A DNA stretch of 64,000 nt, from contig NW_021831992.1 in assembly GCF_006345805.1 (NCBI RefSeq), positions 19,468 through 83,467 on the forward strand, in the 5' to 3' direction. The stretch is from Octopus sinensis (Eukaryota). Every line of letters starts with the position of its first letter. Position 1 is the stretch's first letter. The notes below the pieces were generated by a model. The model ran no database searches and was not told the origin of the DNA. It was given only the letters and a program-made list of their open reading frames with translations. The translations under genes and the position numbers were made by a program. Of the stretch, positions 26,253 to 39,660 are shown one piece after another.

Positions 26253-27788
26253 TGTTGTTGCTGAAGGACTCTTGGCAAACATCTTTGAATGTATGCATGT
26301 ACTATTAAAGTGGTTGTTATTTTAAAGGGATTAGCATTTGATTCCTTTCTATTGTTGATTTGTTCTTTATGGTAGGTTCCACATTTATTGGCCCCAGCTG
26401 TCCTTTAGGCATCGGCTTATTACTTACATATACGTACTAACGCTCGGGGAAATACCGTTGTACAATGTGCGTATGTAGCTTATGAAGACGGAACCGAAAG
26501 CGTCTGATCTCAGAACAGGCAGAAACTTGTGAAGTCAAACCTATGGAAAATTTGGATGGATTGAAATTGAGCCCACATTTGTTTGTTGAACGGTCACTAC
26601 ACGAAATAGTTTAGCAACAAACGTTCGGTCAATCAATGATGTTCTCTCTCTTTCTCTCTCTCACATTCTGTCTTTTAGCTCTGTAACAATTACTACTGGT
26701 GTTGGAGAATTTAAAGCACATCCACTCGAACTGAATCACCCGAGGACTAGTAGAGATGGTTCTAACGTAAACTGATATATAACCTGTTACTTATATACGT
26801 GGAAAATGTCGCTGAAATGTCACACACTACAGAACGTTGACTAATTAACGCCAACTCCTGTTTAAATTTGAGCATAAAGGTATCTATCTAAAGTAAGATC
26901 TAATGCAGAAAGATAGCAAAAGCACCAAGTCCACTTGATATGACAAATATAGTCTGAACTACTCATACTTACAGAACATTTTAAATTTCTATCAAATTAC
27001 CCCCATTTAGACACGTAATACACACAAGGATATGACCGAGGTATGCATCTCACGAGATTTACAATAATGGGTTTGGTATACTTGTTATACGAGGAATACA
27101 ATGGGTTCACTACTACTGCTTTTCGATTGTTCGCACACGTGATTATATCTATATATCTATCTATCTCTCTCTCTCTCTCTCTCACTCGATATATATATAT
27201 GTGTGTGTGTAGATACATATCTTAACGCATTCTCATTATCGATATTTACTTATGTATGTATGTGTGTGCGTCCGTGTGTGTGTGTGTGCGTGTGTGTGCG
27301 TGAGTGTGTGTATGTGTGTCCACAAACTCACACACACGTGTGTGTATATAGTAAAAATCATTTAATAGCCATTCATCCAATCGTAGTAACACTATAACGT
27401 CCGGTTACAGACCAGTCTATCGATCAATAATATAATTATATACACAAATATACATACGCACATACATATACAATCATACATACACACACACTCGAACCTG
27501 TGTGCGTACTATAAGATATATATATATATATGTGTGTGTTGGTGTGTGTGTGTATGTATGTATATATATATATTTATGTATATATATATATATAGAAATA
27601 CATACATATATTTATGTATACCTGTAGAGATATGCATAACATGCCCGTTTCCATACATTTATTTATATATGTATACATGTATATATATATATGTACATAT
27701 ATATGCATATATATATAAATAAATATGTATATATATATATATATATATACATATATTATATATTATATACATATATATATATACATAC

Positions 27789-27834
<46 letters not shown>

Positions 27835-28409
27835 ATATATATATATATATAATATATATAATATATATATATATATTTAATATATATACATTTGTATGCC
27901 TGTATGTATTCACATATACATGCATACATACATATATACATATCCTGAAAATAGTGACATATATGTAAAAAAAAAATCAATGGCTATTTTTTTCTTTTTC
28001 TGTCCAGTTGACAGTGAATACAATATGAAGTGGAAAGCCAAAAGCATTATATATTAATTAGAAGATACAGCTCGGCTTTTGTAGTCCTCTCTCCTCTTAA
28101 TAACAGTCTCACTGATTCCAGGCTCAGCTGGTTTGGTTTACCCTAAAATTGATTCTACCACATCAACAGTTTAATATTTACCCGGCTTTTATAGGGTTGT
28201 TTTTTTTTTCTTTCTTTCTCTCTCGTCATGTATCTGTGTACTTGTTATGTTCTGTAGGGAGGTGGGTGTTTCCTTTTATGCGTTTTTATTATGCATATAA
28301 ATAAATGGAAGAAAGCCGCATGCACACGAGCATACGTAAATATACATATAAGTATAAACACAAACACGTACGCAAATTATATGCATGTGTAGGTGTATAT
28401 ATATATATT

Positions 28410-28481
<72 letters not shown>

Positions 28482-29669
28482 ATAATATATATATATATAT
28501 ACTCTATATATATATATATAAGTATGTATATATATATATGAGTATATTATATATATATATATAATCTAACTATATAATATATGTATGTATAAGTATATAT
28601 AAGTATTTATATATATATATATATCAGTATATATATATATAGTATGGTATTATATATCGATATATATCATATATATATAATATAAAGTATATATATACAA
28701 GTATATATGTATATATGCACTATATATAAATATACTTATATATATATATATATAATATATATATATATATACTTATATATATATATAAACACTTATATAT
28801 ATATATACTTATACATTTATTTGTCTACCTATATATGTGTGTGTGTATATATATATATACGTATGTATGTATGTATGTATGTATGTATGTATGTATGTAT
28901 GTATGCATGTATGTTTGTACGTATGTATGTGTGTCTGTCTGTGTATATATATATATATACATACATAGGTTTTTTCTTTTCGTTGCTTATATTTTTTACT
29001 CGCGTCGTTTCAGACACTTGACTGCAGGGCGTTGCACTGAAGGGTTTTAAATCAAACAGATTGGCCTCGGTACATATTTATTTTCTGAAGCTCGTTACTA
29101 TCGGTCTCTATTGCTGAAATCGTTAAATCACGGGGATGTAAACAAACCAACACCAGCTGTCAGGTATTGCTGCAGACAAATCGGCGCCACTCACATACAC
29201 GCACACACACACACTCACACACACACACACACACATGCATAAACTCTATTAAAGTCACTCGAAAAACATCTATTTTCTTGGGGGTGCTATTTTAAAAGGC
29301 ATTTGTTGTAGGTCTGGTGCAGTGGGACTGAACTTGAAACCACGTGGCTACCAAACATGTTTCTTAACCACATGTCCATACTTATAATTCTTTAGTAGAG
29401 GCAGTAGTTAAAAATTCCCTTCGTACACCTAAGGTTCCACTTTCGATTCCTGTGCGTAGGTAAGTGCATTTCCACCCCCATTATAACCTGGGGTGAAATT
29501 GGATACGTGAGAGAAATAAGTTTGCTTTCGTGCTACTCGAAACCACATCTCCTGTAGAAATGACTGGCTTTCAACCATTGGACCAAGGAATCCCCTCGTT
29601 TTTCTTTATCCGTTTAACAGACTTTATTCTTACTAGCGTGTTTGTGTAGATATAATAGATAGATAGATT

Positions 29670-29940
29670 TCATTATTGGCCACGCAGGGTTAAACACAGA
29701 AGGGACAAAATACAAAGTAGATCTTTTCTTTTTGGGAAGAAGAGAAGGGGAGGAGAAAAGGTGGGGTGAATTCCGATCAAAAGGGATCATGAAAACAAAT
29801 GAGGCCGATCAATAGGGATCGTGTATCAGAAATGTTAATGTAAAAAGGGAAAACAGATTAGGTTTGTCCGTGGATAGAAAAGCCTACGGAAAAAAAAACA
29901 CCGGAACCTTGGGCAATAGTGTCATGCAAAAAGAAAACAC
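29670..29940 (-). mobile_element. Probable LINE 3' UTR fragment with (CTAT)n tail; second copy at 34705-34955
   Basis: ~270 bp shared by both loci (ATTGGCCACGCAG..CAGATTAGGTTTGTCCGTGGATAGAAAAGCCTACGG), both abutting (GATA)n. Confidence 0.6.
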
Positions 29941-30021
<81 letters not shown>

Positions 30022-30042
30022 TGTTTAGTTAGTCTCACATAT

Positions 30043-30208
30043 AGGCGCAGGAGTGGCTGTGTGGTAATTAGCTTGCTAACCAACCACATGATTCCGGGTT
30101 CAGTCTCACTGCGTGGCATCTTGGGCAAGTGTCTTCTGCTATAGCCCCGGGCCGACCAATGCCTTGTGAGTGGATTTGGTAGACGGAAACTGAAAGAAGC
30201 CTGCCGTA

Positions 30209-30269
<61 letters not shown>

Positions 30270-30494
30270 ATGTGTGTTTGTGTGTCTGTGTTTGTCCCCC
30301 TAGCATTGCTTGACAACCGATGCTGGTGTGTTTACGTCCCCGTCACTTAACGGCTCGGCAAAAGAGACCGATAGAATAAGTACTGGGCTTACAAAGAATA
30401 AGTCCTGGGGTCGATTTGCTCGACTAAAGGCGGTGCTCCAGCATGGCCGCAGTAAAATGATTGGAACAAGTAAAAGAGTAAAAGAGTAAAGAGT
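30043..30494 (+). mobile_element. SINE group A, full length
   Basis: Consensus match with (AAAGAGT)n tail. Confidence 0.92.
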
Positions 30495-31082
30495 AATATA
30501 TATTTCATGATTATGTTTTTTGGCTCAGTAAGAGGAACGTGATGCCGACCCTAGAATTTAAACCCCAGAGCTCTCGCCTGTCTTATTCAGAAAATTATAC
30601 ATACATACACACCTACATAGAAAGGTGAATGATAAAAAAATGGAATTAACGCCATTCTTTATTTAAAAATCACTACAATTGTTTCGACACATTTTGCATC
30701 TTCAGTACTTTAGTGCGATGTTGATTATCATTATCTTACGTTCAAGTATTAAATACGCCTCCTCGGGTGATTGTTTGAATAATTGCTTTGTTAGATTATT
30801 TCGTCAGTTCACGCAGATTGATAGCCAATAACTATGGACGAGTTTTGCATACCATTCTACAAGGGCTTTATCCGAATCTTATTTAGCTAATGCACATACA
30901 TACACACACGCATACACACAGATCAATAGAAAGCAAACTAGATAGATAGATAGATAATACAGTTCTATATTTCTATATTACAGTTCTATATATACCTGAA
31001 TAATAACAATAATAATAATGATTATAATAATATCATCGAAAAATACCTTAGGAATGAGAACTCAGGTTCGAAGTTTCCCCAA

Positions 31083-31128
31083 AACACCTGAAGAAGGCTG
31101 GAGGATATATCAACCGAAACGTTGTGTT
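31083..31128 (+). ncRNA. Type-I minimal hammerhead ribozyme motif in a Penelope-type repeat (~31040-31180)
   Basis: AACAC-CTGAAGA-A-GGCTG gaggatatat CAACC-GAAA-C-GTT-GTGTT: stem I 5 bp, intact core, stem II 4 of 5 pairs, loopless ACGT stem III, GUU triplet. Confidence 0.75.
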
Positions 31129-31174
31129 AACAACAAACAAGATGAGGAGAAATATCCGTCTAATGTAAATAATG

Positions 31175-31224
<50 letters not shown>

Positions 31225-31283
31225 TACAGACAGACAGACAGACATACAGACAGACAGACAGACAGACAGTTATGTCCGGTTCA

Positions 31284-31413
31284 CAGGGTTGCCCAGAGTT
31301 TCGCATCCATAATCGCTTAGCTTTCCATACGTCTGGGGCCACCGGCCATTAGGGTCTCACGAGACGTGTGTGAAGCAAAGTACTTTATGAACGCGAAACA
31401 CTGGACAACCCTA
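31284..31413. mobile_element. 130-bp MITE with 21-bp imperfect TIRs (hAT-like ends)
   Basis: CAGGGTTGCCCAGAGTTTCGC / GCGAAACACTGGACAACCCTA (3 mismatches); no TSD seen. Confidence 0.7.
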
Positions 31414-32819
31414 TGAAGCAGCCATTACTAGCTTTATCTAATGAACGTTTGATTTAAAGGCAGGAAACGAAAGGAAAGGTCACGGTTTCGCTTCGCATTG
31501 CAGCGAAACTAGAGGTTGTTTTAAGATTAATTGTAGCGTGTTTGTATAGTTAACTGTAAAGTTTAATCATAAACTGTTTTTGTAAAGTGATAGTGTAAAG
31601 TTTAATAGTACAAACAAGTACTTAAAATGTTATTATGGTTGGAAAAAAAAAAGGAATTGTAAAGACTTTCACAGTTCGTCTCGCATCGGGGGCGAGACGG
31701 GCGTCTCATTTACATCATAATTTTATTCATTCCATTATCATTTTTCATTCGTTTTTAAGTCCCCGCATGTTTTCTTTATGTCCCCGCAGGCCTTGTGCCT
31801 ATAGTAAAGAAATTACTAGCTTTATCTAATTACTCTACTACTCTAAAACTTAGCGTGTGCTTCTATGACTTAGTAACCGCACACACACACAAACACACAC
31901 ACACTTATGTACCCGCCCACACTCCGCAATATGTTGCTGCTACGTGAATAGACGAGCGCAACAAACTAATAATATTGTCTAATTTTCTTTCCAAATTAAA
32001 ACACAGCTGTTGTTTGAAGCGGTGTTTAATTATTATACATCGGCACCAATTTACATCTAAGTAAGTCGTGCCATTTGAGAGTTAAATTTCTTGACGTTTC
32101 CAATCACTGAATTCTCAGATTATTTGCTGTCTTTGATAGCATAGCCTGTATGTGAAGTATGCACATTAACTATCGCAACGAAAAATCGTAAATAAATGCT
32201 GTATTAACTACGCGTATATGAATCTATTGATTTCGAAGTTTGGTACCCGGCCAACAATTTCGAGGAGGGGAAGGGAAGTCGATTATACTGACCCCAGTTC
32301 CCAACTATTTTATCGACCCTGAAGGGATGAAATGCAAGTCGCCTTCTGCGGAATTTGAACTCAGAACACGAAGATGGATAAAATGCCGCTAAGAATTTCG
32401 CCCGGTGTGCCTCTATTGTATAAGCATTTATTACTATAGCAACAATCCACAATAGTGTAGATACTTTCGTAACTTTAGTATTTACTTACCAAAGTCTTTC
32501 TTTGTTTATATATATATTCTCGGACGCTAGGATTCATGACACCAGTTTCCGTTTGTCCGTGAAGTATAAGGGCCAGAGATCGCAACATTCCCTCTTGGAC
32601 GGGGCGCTGTCTCCGTCGCAGGGTTCAAAGCCGACAATTGAAAAGCAGAGAGAGAACAAGTCGATCACATTGACTCCAGTACTAGACTTGTACTTTATTT
32701 TATCGACCCTACGAAGAAATGTAAGACAAAGTCGATATCAGAAAGATTTCAACAAAGAACGTAAAGACCCGGGAGAAATGCGCTAAGCATTTTGTCTGAC
32801 ATCTAAGCGATGCCGAACA

Positions 32820-33385
32820 ACTGATGTCGGATGCAGAAAGAGTACGGCTCTCGACTAAGTCCATGATAAAGATTGTACAACCTTCCTCTTTCACCAAAGA
32901 AAAGAAGGCAGTATCTCTCTGCGTAGTAACCATACTGAAAGACACTGTATGGAAGACGCGAATGAAAGGGACTGCGACAGGCCAGTTCATCTCCGGAGGC
33001 GGGCTGGGGAATTACTTAGCCGCGCATCTTTACAGCAAGATACGCCTGGAGAGGAGGAGCCTGCCACAAAGATTATTTGGGAAAAGATGGACGGAAGTAG
33101 TAAGAAAGATGAGAATGCAAGGAGCCGTGGTTGCGCGGTCGGTCCAGGCATAAAGGGACGGAAAGGATTACCAAAAAAGGAAATCAACCGGCGGGTTAGT
33201 TCACTAACCTGAAAAATAGTGATAAATTAACATCTATATTTTAAACTTCACATCATCCGTCATACATATCTATAAATGCATTCGTTTTTAATCTTTTGTA
33301 AAGAGTGTGTCTGACCCTTAGTTGTTCCTTGTCTGTCCTTGTTTGTCCCCTCTATGTATCCATCTTATAGGAAATAAAGAAAATC
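32820..33385 (+). pseudogene. 3' end of an L1/Tx1-type LINE (ORF2 C-terminus plus 3' UTR)
   Basis: ORF ..VWKTRMKGTATGQFISGGGLGNYLAAHLYSKIRLERRSLPQRLFGKRWTEVVRKM resembles Tx1 ORF2 ends; terminates GTCTGTCCTTGTTTGTCCCCTCT..AATAAAGAAA. Confidence 0.55.
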
Positions 33386-34159
33386 TGCCAGCTCGCTGCC
33401 AGGATACCAGCTGTATATAATCATAACACTACTGTATTTCGAACAGAAACAGATGACACGAACCAATGAAGTAGTTTCAACAGGGCTATCTTTTACCTTT
33501 CACTTCCTTCAGTCGTTAGATGGATGCCATGCTGGAGCACAGCCTTCGAAATAAACAAAATGATAACGTCTATTATATTTATTATTTTAGTCATTTTATA
33601 TACATCTAATCCCTATAATTTGAATCCAATGCCCGAAACTCCTGCATTTCGACAAAAAAAATTGTACACGTGCTTGCATTTGTTAGAAATAAGTAGCGTG
33701 GTGGGCTTCTTGGATTTAAAAAGGAATGTGAAATCATTCTCTAGCACTTAACTTGCATCTATTTGATCCATTTATATATCGAGTGGATTTCTCCAAGATG
33801 CTCCATTTGATTGCATGTGGCGCGCAAATGGTTTATAGGCCTCATATATGACAAGCCTGTTTTGTGGCTTCATTCTTGTCGGTGAAAGTACCAGCTATTT
33901 TGTGTATTCGAGCCTGTAAGACTGCTTGGAGACACAAGAAATTATATATAAATCTGCCGAATTATTATGTTTCTGCAGCATGAAACCATTAGTAGCTCAT
34001 ATTTGAATATTGCATGAATTAAAATATATTTATTCCTGGGTGGATGGAGTATACTTTTTTGTTGTCCTGCTAATCTATGTATGTACGTAAGTACGTACGT
34101 ATGTATGTATGTATGTATGTATGTATGTATGTATGTATGTATGTATGTATGTATGTATG

Positions 34160-34450
34160 TGCATGGCTTAGTGGATAGGGCGCTGCATGCACAGTCGTGA
34201 GATTGTGATTTAAGTTTCTAGACCGGATGGTGCGTTGCGTTCTTCAGTAAAACACTTCATCTTACGTTGCTATGCGACCACTTCGACACCTGACTCGTGG
34301 TACACCGGGCACCTGTTCAGAGGACGTCGATTTGAAGGAGAGAATTAGCAAATGTACGGCACGAATATTTGATTTCTATAAACAAATAATTTGTGCAGGT
34401 CGTTCGGCAAAAGCTGAACGCTTATATGTCGTCTACGACGGGGGAGTTCA
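34160..34450 (+). mobile_element. SINE group C
   Basis: GGCTTAGTGGATAGGG head; TGCGTTCTTCAGTAAAACACTTCA body. Confidence 0.7.
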
Positions 34451-34493
34451 CCATGTATATAAATATAGATAGGCAGACAGACAGACAGGTAGG

Positions 34494-34572
<79 letters not shown>

Positions 34573-34573
34573 G

Positions 34574-34605
<32 letters not shown>

Positions 34606-34608
34606 AGA

Positions 34609-34672
<64 letters not shown>

Positions 34673-35214
34673 GGAGACAGGGAAGCAGATAGTTAACAGA
34701 TAGTTTTTTTTATTGGCCACGCAGAGTTGAACACCGAAGAGACAAAATACAATGTAGAGCTTTTCTTTTGGGGAAGAAGAGAAGGAAAAAAAAATTGGGT
34801 CGAATCCCGATCAAAAGGGATCGTGAAAAAAATTAAATAGGGATCGTGTATCACAGAAACGTCAATGTAAAAAGAGAAAACAGATTAGGTTTGTCCGTGG
34901 ATAGAAAAGCCTACGGAAAAGACCACGGGAAAATAGTGTCATACAAAAAGAAATTACATTATAGTAAGTGGCTCTCTTTCTTCCTTTCATTTTTTTTTTT
35001 GGTGGGGGGTGGTTCATAAAGATAGATTGATTGATTGATTGATTGATAGAAAGACAGATAGACGGGTTGGCAGGTAGATAGATATAGATATAATTATGCA
35101 CACACAGAGTAATGTATTTAGTGGTTATGGCATCAGCATCATGATCGTAAGATTGTGGTTTCGATTCCTGGACCGGGCGACAAATAAATCTCTCGAGCTC
35201 TTATTCCTATTTCT

Positions 35215-35880
35215 TTACTACCCACAAGGGGCTAAACACAGAGGGGACAAACAAGGACAGACAAACGGATTAAGTGCGTAACTGGTACTTATTTAATCGA
35301 CCCCGGAAGGGTGAAAGGCAAAGTCGACCTCGGCGGAATTTGAACTCAAAACGTAACGGCAGACGAAATACCTATTTCTTTACTACCCACAAGGGGCTAA
35401 ACACAGAGGGGACAAACAAGGACAGACAAACGGATTAAGTCGATTACATCGACCCCAGTGCGTAACTGGTACTTATTTAATCGACCCCGAAAAGATGAAA
35501 GGCAAAGTCGACCTCGGCGGAATTTGAACTCAGAACGTAACGGCAGACGAAATACGGCTACGCATTTCGCCCGGCGTGCTAACGATTCTGCCAGCTCGCC
35601 GCTTTGTATTTTGTATATATCATTGTATATCGTCGCATATGGCATAACTACTAGATATTGGTTTCACATTTTGGCACAATGCCAGCAATTTTGTGGGAGA
35701 GGCCAAGTCGATTATATCGACTCCAGTGCTCAAATGGTATTTATTCTATTTATTCTGTCGACCACGAAAGAGATGAAAGGTAAAGTCGACCTTGGCAGAA
35801 ATTGAACTCAGAGCGTTAAGGCGGACGAAATGCTACTAAGCATTTTGTCCGGCGTACTAATGATTCTGCCTTTTCGTCAC
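35215..35880 (-). mobile_element. Multimeric SINE group B plus an adjacent diverged copy
   Basis: Unit CCCACAAGGGGCTAAACACAGAGGGGAC.. at 35221 and 35386, single head at ~35600; second element 35650-35880. Confidence 0.85.
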
Positions 35881-36298
35881 CTTATGACTAACAAATATTA
35901 TGAGATACTGGAAAGCAAAAGACAACGAGAAGCAAAATTCTTTACCGGAACCTATGGACATTGGAAGAAATCTAAGTATGGAGAAATAAGACACAAACAG
36001 TTTTATAATAATATCAATTGTACAGTGGTAATCCAAGAGGGAAGTTCCGAGAATATCTCCGGTGTAGCATTAACCCACATTTTCATGTTATGTTGTTATG
36101 CTACAGTTTTTATTGAGATACTAAATAAAATCATGCAATATGATATATAAGGGAAATTTTGTGCTTGCTTCAGATTTTGTTCCATTCTGGAAAGGAACAA
36201 GATCTCTATATTCATCCACAGACACAAACACACACGCATGAATTTTTTATGTGTGTGTGAGAGAGAGAACACATATTTATAAAATTATATCCATATAT

Positions 36299-36347
<49 letters not shown>

Positions 36348-36485
36348 ATATATATATATATTATATATAATATATATATATATATATAAAGTTAATCCAA
36401 ACAAGAAAACAAAAAAACACAACAACGCGAGGACGTGGAACAATAAAGTATTATTGGACGCTCAGGAAAGAAGGGAAGAAGGAGG

Positions 36486-36520
36486 GTTTAACGTTTCGAG
36501 CGGAGTTCTTCGTCGGAAAC
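36486..36520 (-). ncRNA. Degenerate type-I hammerhead motif in a Penelope-type repeat (36388-36522)
   Basis: Minus strand GTTT-CCGACGA-A-GAAC tcc GCTC-GAAA-C-GTT-AAAC; U4 changed to C, one stem II mismatch. Confidence 0.6.
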
Positions 36521-36558
36521 ATATATATATATATATATTATATATATATATATATATC

Positions 36559-36619
<61 letters not shown>

Positions 36620-36817
36620 TGTATGTAAGTATGGATATATGTACATATACAAAATACACACACTGCATATATATTTGTATATATCTACATGTATGTATGT
36701 ATTTCTCCCCACCTCTCCTCCCGGTCTCTCTCTCTTTTTCTCTCTTTGTATGTATACAAAAATGATAATTCTGCCGCAGAATCCTGGAATATGTGTGTGT
36801 ATGTTTGTTTGTGGGTG

Positions 36818-36885
<68 letters not shown>

Positions 36886-36996
36886 CGTGCGCGCGCGCGT
36901 ACACAAGTGAGCAGATAAGTGCAAAACAAGTGGGAGAAATAGTACTCTACCAAAATTTGAGGAATTGTACTTTTTATAAAAGTGCAAAATTATATT

Positions 36997-37045
<49 letters not shown>

Positions 37046-37074
37046 ATGTATGAGTATATATATACATTTTTTTT

Positions 37075-37276
37075 TTCTTCTCTGTTTCAGTCATTTTACT
37101 GCAGCCATGCAGAAGCACCGCCTTTTAGCCGAGCAAATCGAGCCCAGGACATATTCCTTGTAAGCCTGGTACTTATTCTATAGGTCCATTTCCCCGAAAC
37201 GCTTAGTTAGATGGACGTAAACACACCAACATTGCCGTCAAGCGACGCTGGGGCGACAGACACAGACTTACAAATA

Positions 37277-37308
<32 letters not shown>

Positions 37309-37471
37309 TATGTAGGACGGGTTTCTTTAAGTTTCCGTTTACCGAATCCACTAACAAATCTTTGGTCGGCCCCAGGTGGTAGTAGAAGACATTTACCGAA
37401 GGTTACGCGCATGGGACTGTACCAGGAACTATATGGTTGGGAAGCAAGCTTCTTACCATACATCCACTCCT
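37075..37471 (-). mobile_element. SINE group A, diverged
   Basis: Reverse-complement match. Confidence 0.8.
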
Positions 37472-37684
37472 ATATATATTGCATTTAGAATTCATGAAAA
37501 GTTACAGAGGAATTTGACATTACTAGACCGAATACTCCCAGAAGAATATGGTTGTCGATGAATATTGAATGTCAAAGCGCAGTTTCACAAGTCAATTTAT
37601 CATGCTTTAATCTCGAATCTAAAGTATCTTTTACTTGTTTTTATCACTAGACTTTGGCCATGCTGGGGCAACGCCTTGAAGACG

Positions 37685-38240
37685 TTGGCACGCCGGGCGA
37701 AATGCTTATCGGTATTTCGTCTACCGTTACGTTCTGAGTTCAAATTCCGCCGCGGTCGACTTTACCTTTCATCCTTTCGGGGTCGATTAAATAAGTACCA
37801 GTTACGCACAGGATTTGATGTAATCGACTTAATCCGTTTGTCTCTCCTTGTTTGTTCTCTCTGTGTTTAGCCCCTTGTGGGTTGTAAAGCAATATGTATT
37901 TTGTCTGCCGTTACGTTTTGAGTTCAAATTCCGCCGAGGTCGACTTTGCTTTCATCCTTTCGGGGTCGATAAATTAGTATGAGTTACGCACTGGGGTCGA
38001 TGTAATCGACTTAATCCGTTTGTTTGTCCTTGTTTGTTCTCTCTGTGTTTAACCCCTTGTGGGTTGTAAAGCAATAGGTATTTTGTCTGCCGCTACGTTC
38101 TGAGTTCAAATTCCGCCGAGGTCGACTTCGCCTTTCATCTTTTCTTGTTCGATAAAATAAGTACCACTTGTGTACTGGGGTCGATCTAATCAACTGGCCC
38201 CTTGCCCCAAAATTTCGGCTTTGTGCCTAGAATAGAAAAG
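37685..38240 (+). mobile_element. Multimeric SINE group B (3 to 4 units)
   Basis: GAGTTCAAATTCCGCCG at ~37736, 37920 and 38102; one head. Confidence 0.88.
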
Positions 38241-38841
38241 TATATTTGTTGACCATAAGTAACTTTACAGGTGTGTGTGTGTGTGTGTATGTATGAGTCC
38301 CTGAGTGTGTATGTGTGTAGGGGTATGTTAATGTGTGTACGCATGTTTGCGTGTTTTTTCGTGCAAGTCCGGGTGACTGTACACGTTTGTGTATGTGTTT
38401 ATGTGCTGGTGTGTGTACGCGTATACCTCTATGCGTTTGTGTGCTGTGATTTTGAGCGTGTGCATATGTGTTTATGTGTGTGCATATATGTTAATATGCT
38501 TGTGTGTACTTTTGTGTGTGGGGGGTTGCATGACTGTGTAATAGTGTGTGTAAGAGTATGCGTATGTGTATCTCTGTGTGCTTTTATGTGCACGTGTACA
38601 TATGTTATGTGTTATAGTGTGTGTGTATTAGTATGTGTTTGTGTGTATGTGTGTTTCTGTGTTTCCTTTTGTGTGTGCGTTTGTGCTTCTACACCTATAT
38701 GTTTGTATATGTGTATCCGTGCCAGTGTGTGTATGCGACATGGATATCTGTGTGTGCCTCTGCATGTGTAGGCGCGTGCGTGAATTTATGCATTGTGTAC
38801 GTGGTGTATGACCTTTATGTATGTGTGTTTATATGTGTGTG

Positions 38842-38894
<53 letters not shown>

Positions 38895-39204
38895 TGTGTG
38901 TGTGTTGCTAGAGTCGGTGAACGCGAGAAAGTAAAGCATAGCATTACTTTTCTGTTAAAGAATAATGAATCAAACCGAATTATCGGACCTTAAACATTGC
39001 TAGTCCATCATGGATTACCTCCCTTAAAAATTCTTCATATGTCTTTTATTAACTCTGTTCTTACTGATGGGTTGGCAACTAAATTACCGTCGTTTTTTTA
39101 AATTTTGGAATTTATTGCGTTTTTAAATTCTAAAATCTATTTTCTTTCGAGAATTCTATTTTTGAACCAGTTTGGAATCTATTTGGTATTTTTTCTAGTT
39201 AATT

Positions 39205-39385
39205 ATTTTCAGATCATTAAAATGGAATGTCAAGTTAAGAAAACGAGCATTTTCGACACCTCCTTTTTGCTTTTAAGCACGGTTCTCGCGACATTTGTGC
39301 TGTTTATGGAGAGGTCGCCATTGCTGAAGGAATCGGGTATGTATGACTCAGAAATGAGAGAGAGTGAAATTTTGAATTTAGTTCA
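39205..39385 (+). pseudogene. Mariner transposase N-terminal fragment
   Basis: Broken frames give MECQVKK.EHFRHLL.AF...RDICAVYGE.AIAE...NF.L, a typical mariner HTH N-terminus. Confidence 0.65.
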
Positions 39386-39419
39386 TAGACCCCCAGTACT
39401 AACTTTGCGGACCCCAGGT

Positions 39420-39660
39420 TCGTCGTTAGGGTGTTGGATTCCTGATCGTACGATTGTGGTTTCGATTCCTCCACCGGTTGACGCATTGTGTTCTTGAGCA
39501 AAACACTTCATTTCACATTCTCCAGTCCTCTCAGATGGCAAAAATGAGTAATCCTGCGACGGACCGGTGTCCTGTCCAGGTGGGTAATGTATACGCCATG
39601 GAAACCGAGAAACTGCCCCTTCTAAGTCCACATGACTCGAGAAGATAAGGTAACCTTGAC
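39420..39660 (+). mobile_element. SINE group C
   Basis: GATTGTGGTTTCGATTCC..GTGTTCTTGAGCAAAACACTT..TGCGACGGACCGG. Confidence 0.75.

Noticed and set aside
31424-31442. miR-79/miR-9 gene
   Set aside because: Only ~10 nt of similarity and no precursor hairpin; kept only as a possible target site
35880-36150. 106-aa ORF with a normal-complexity middle part
   Set aside because: It starts inside a SINE, has no recognisable domain and no convincing splice sites
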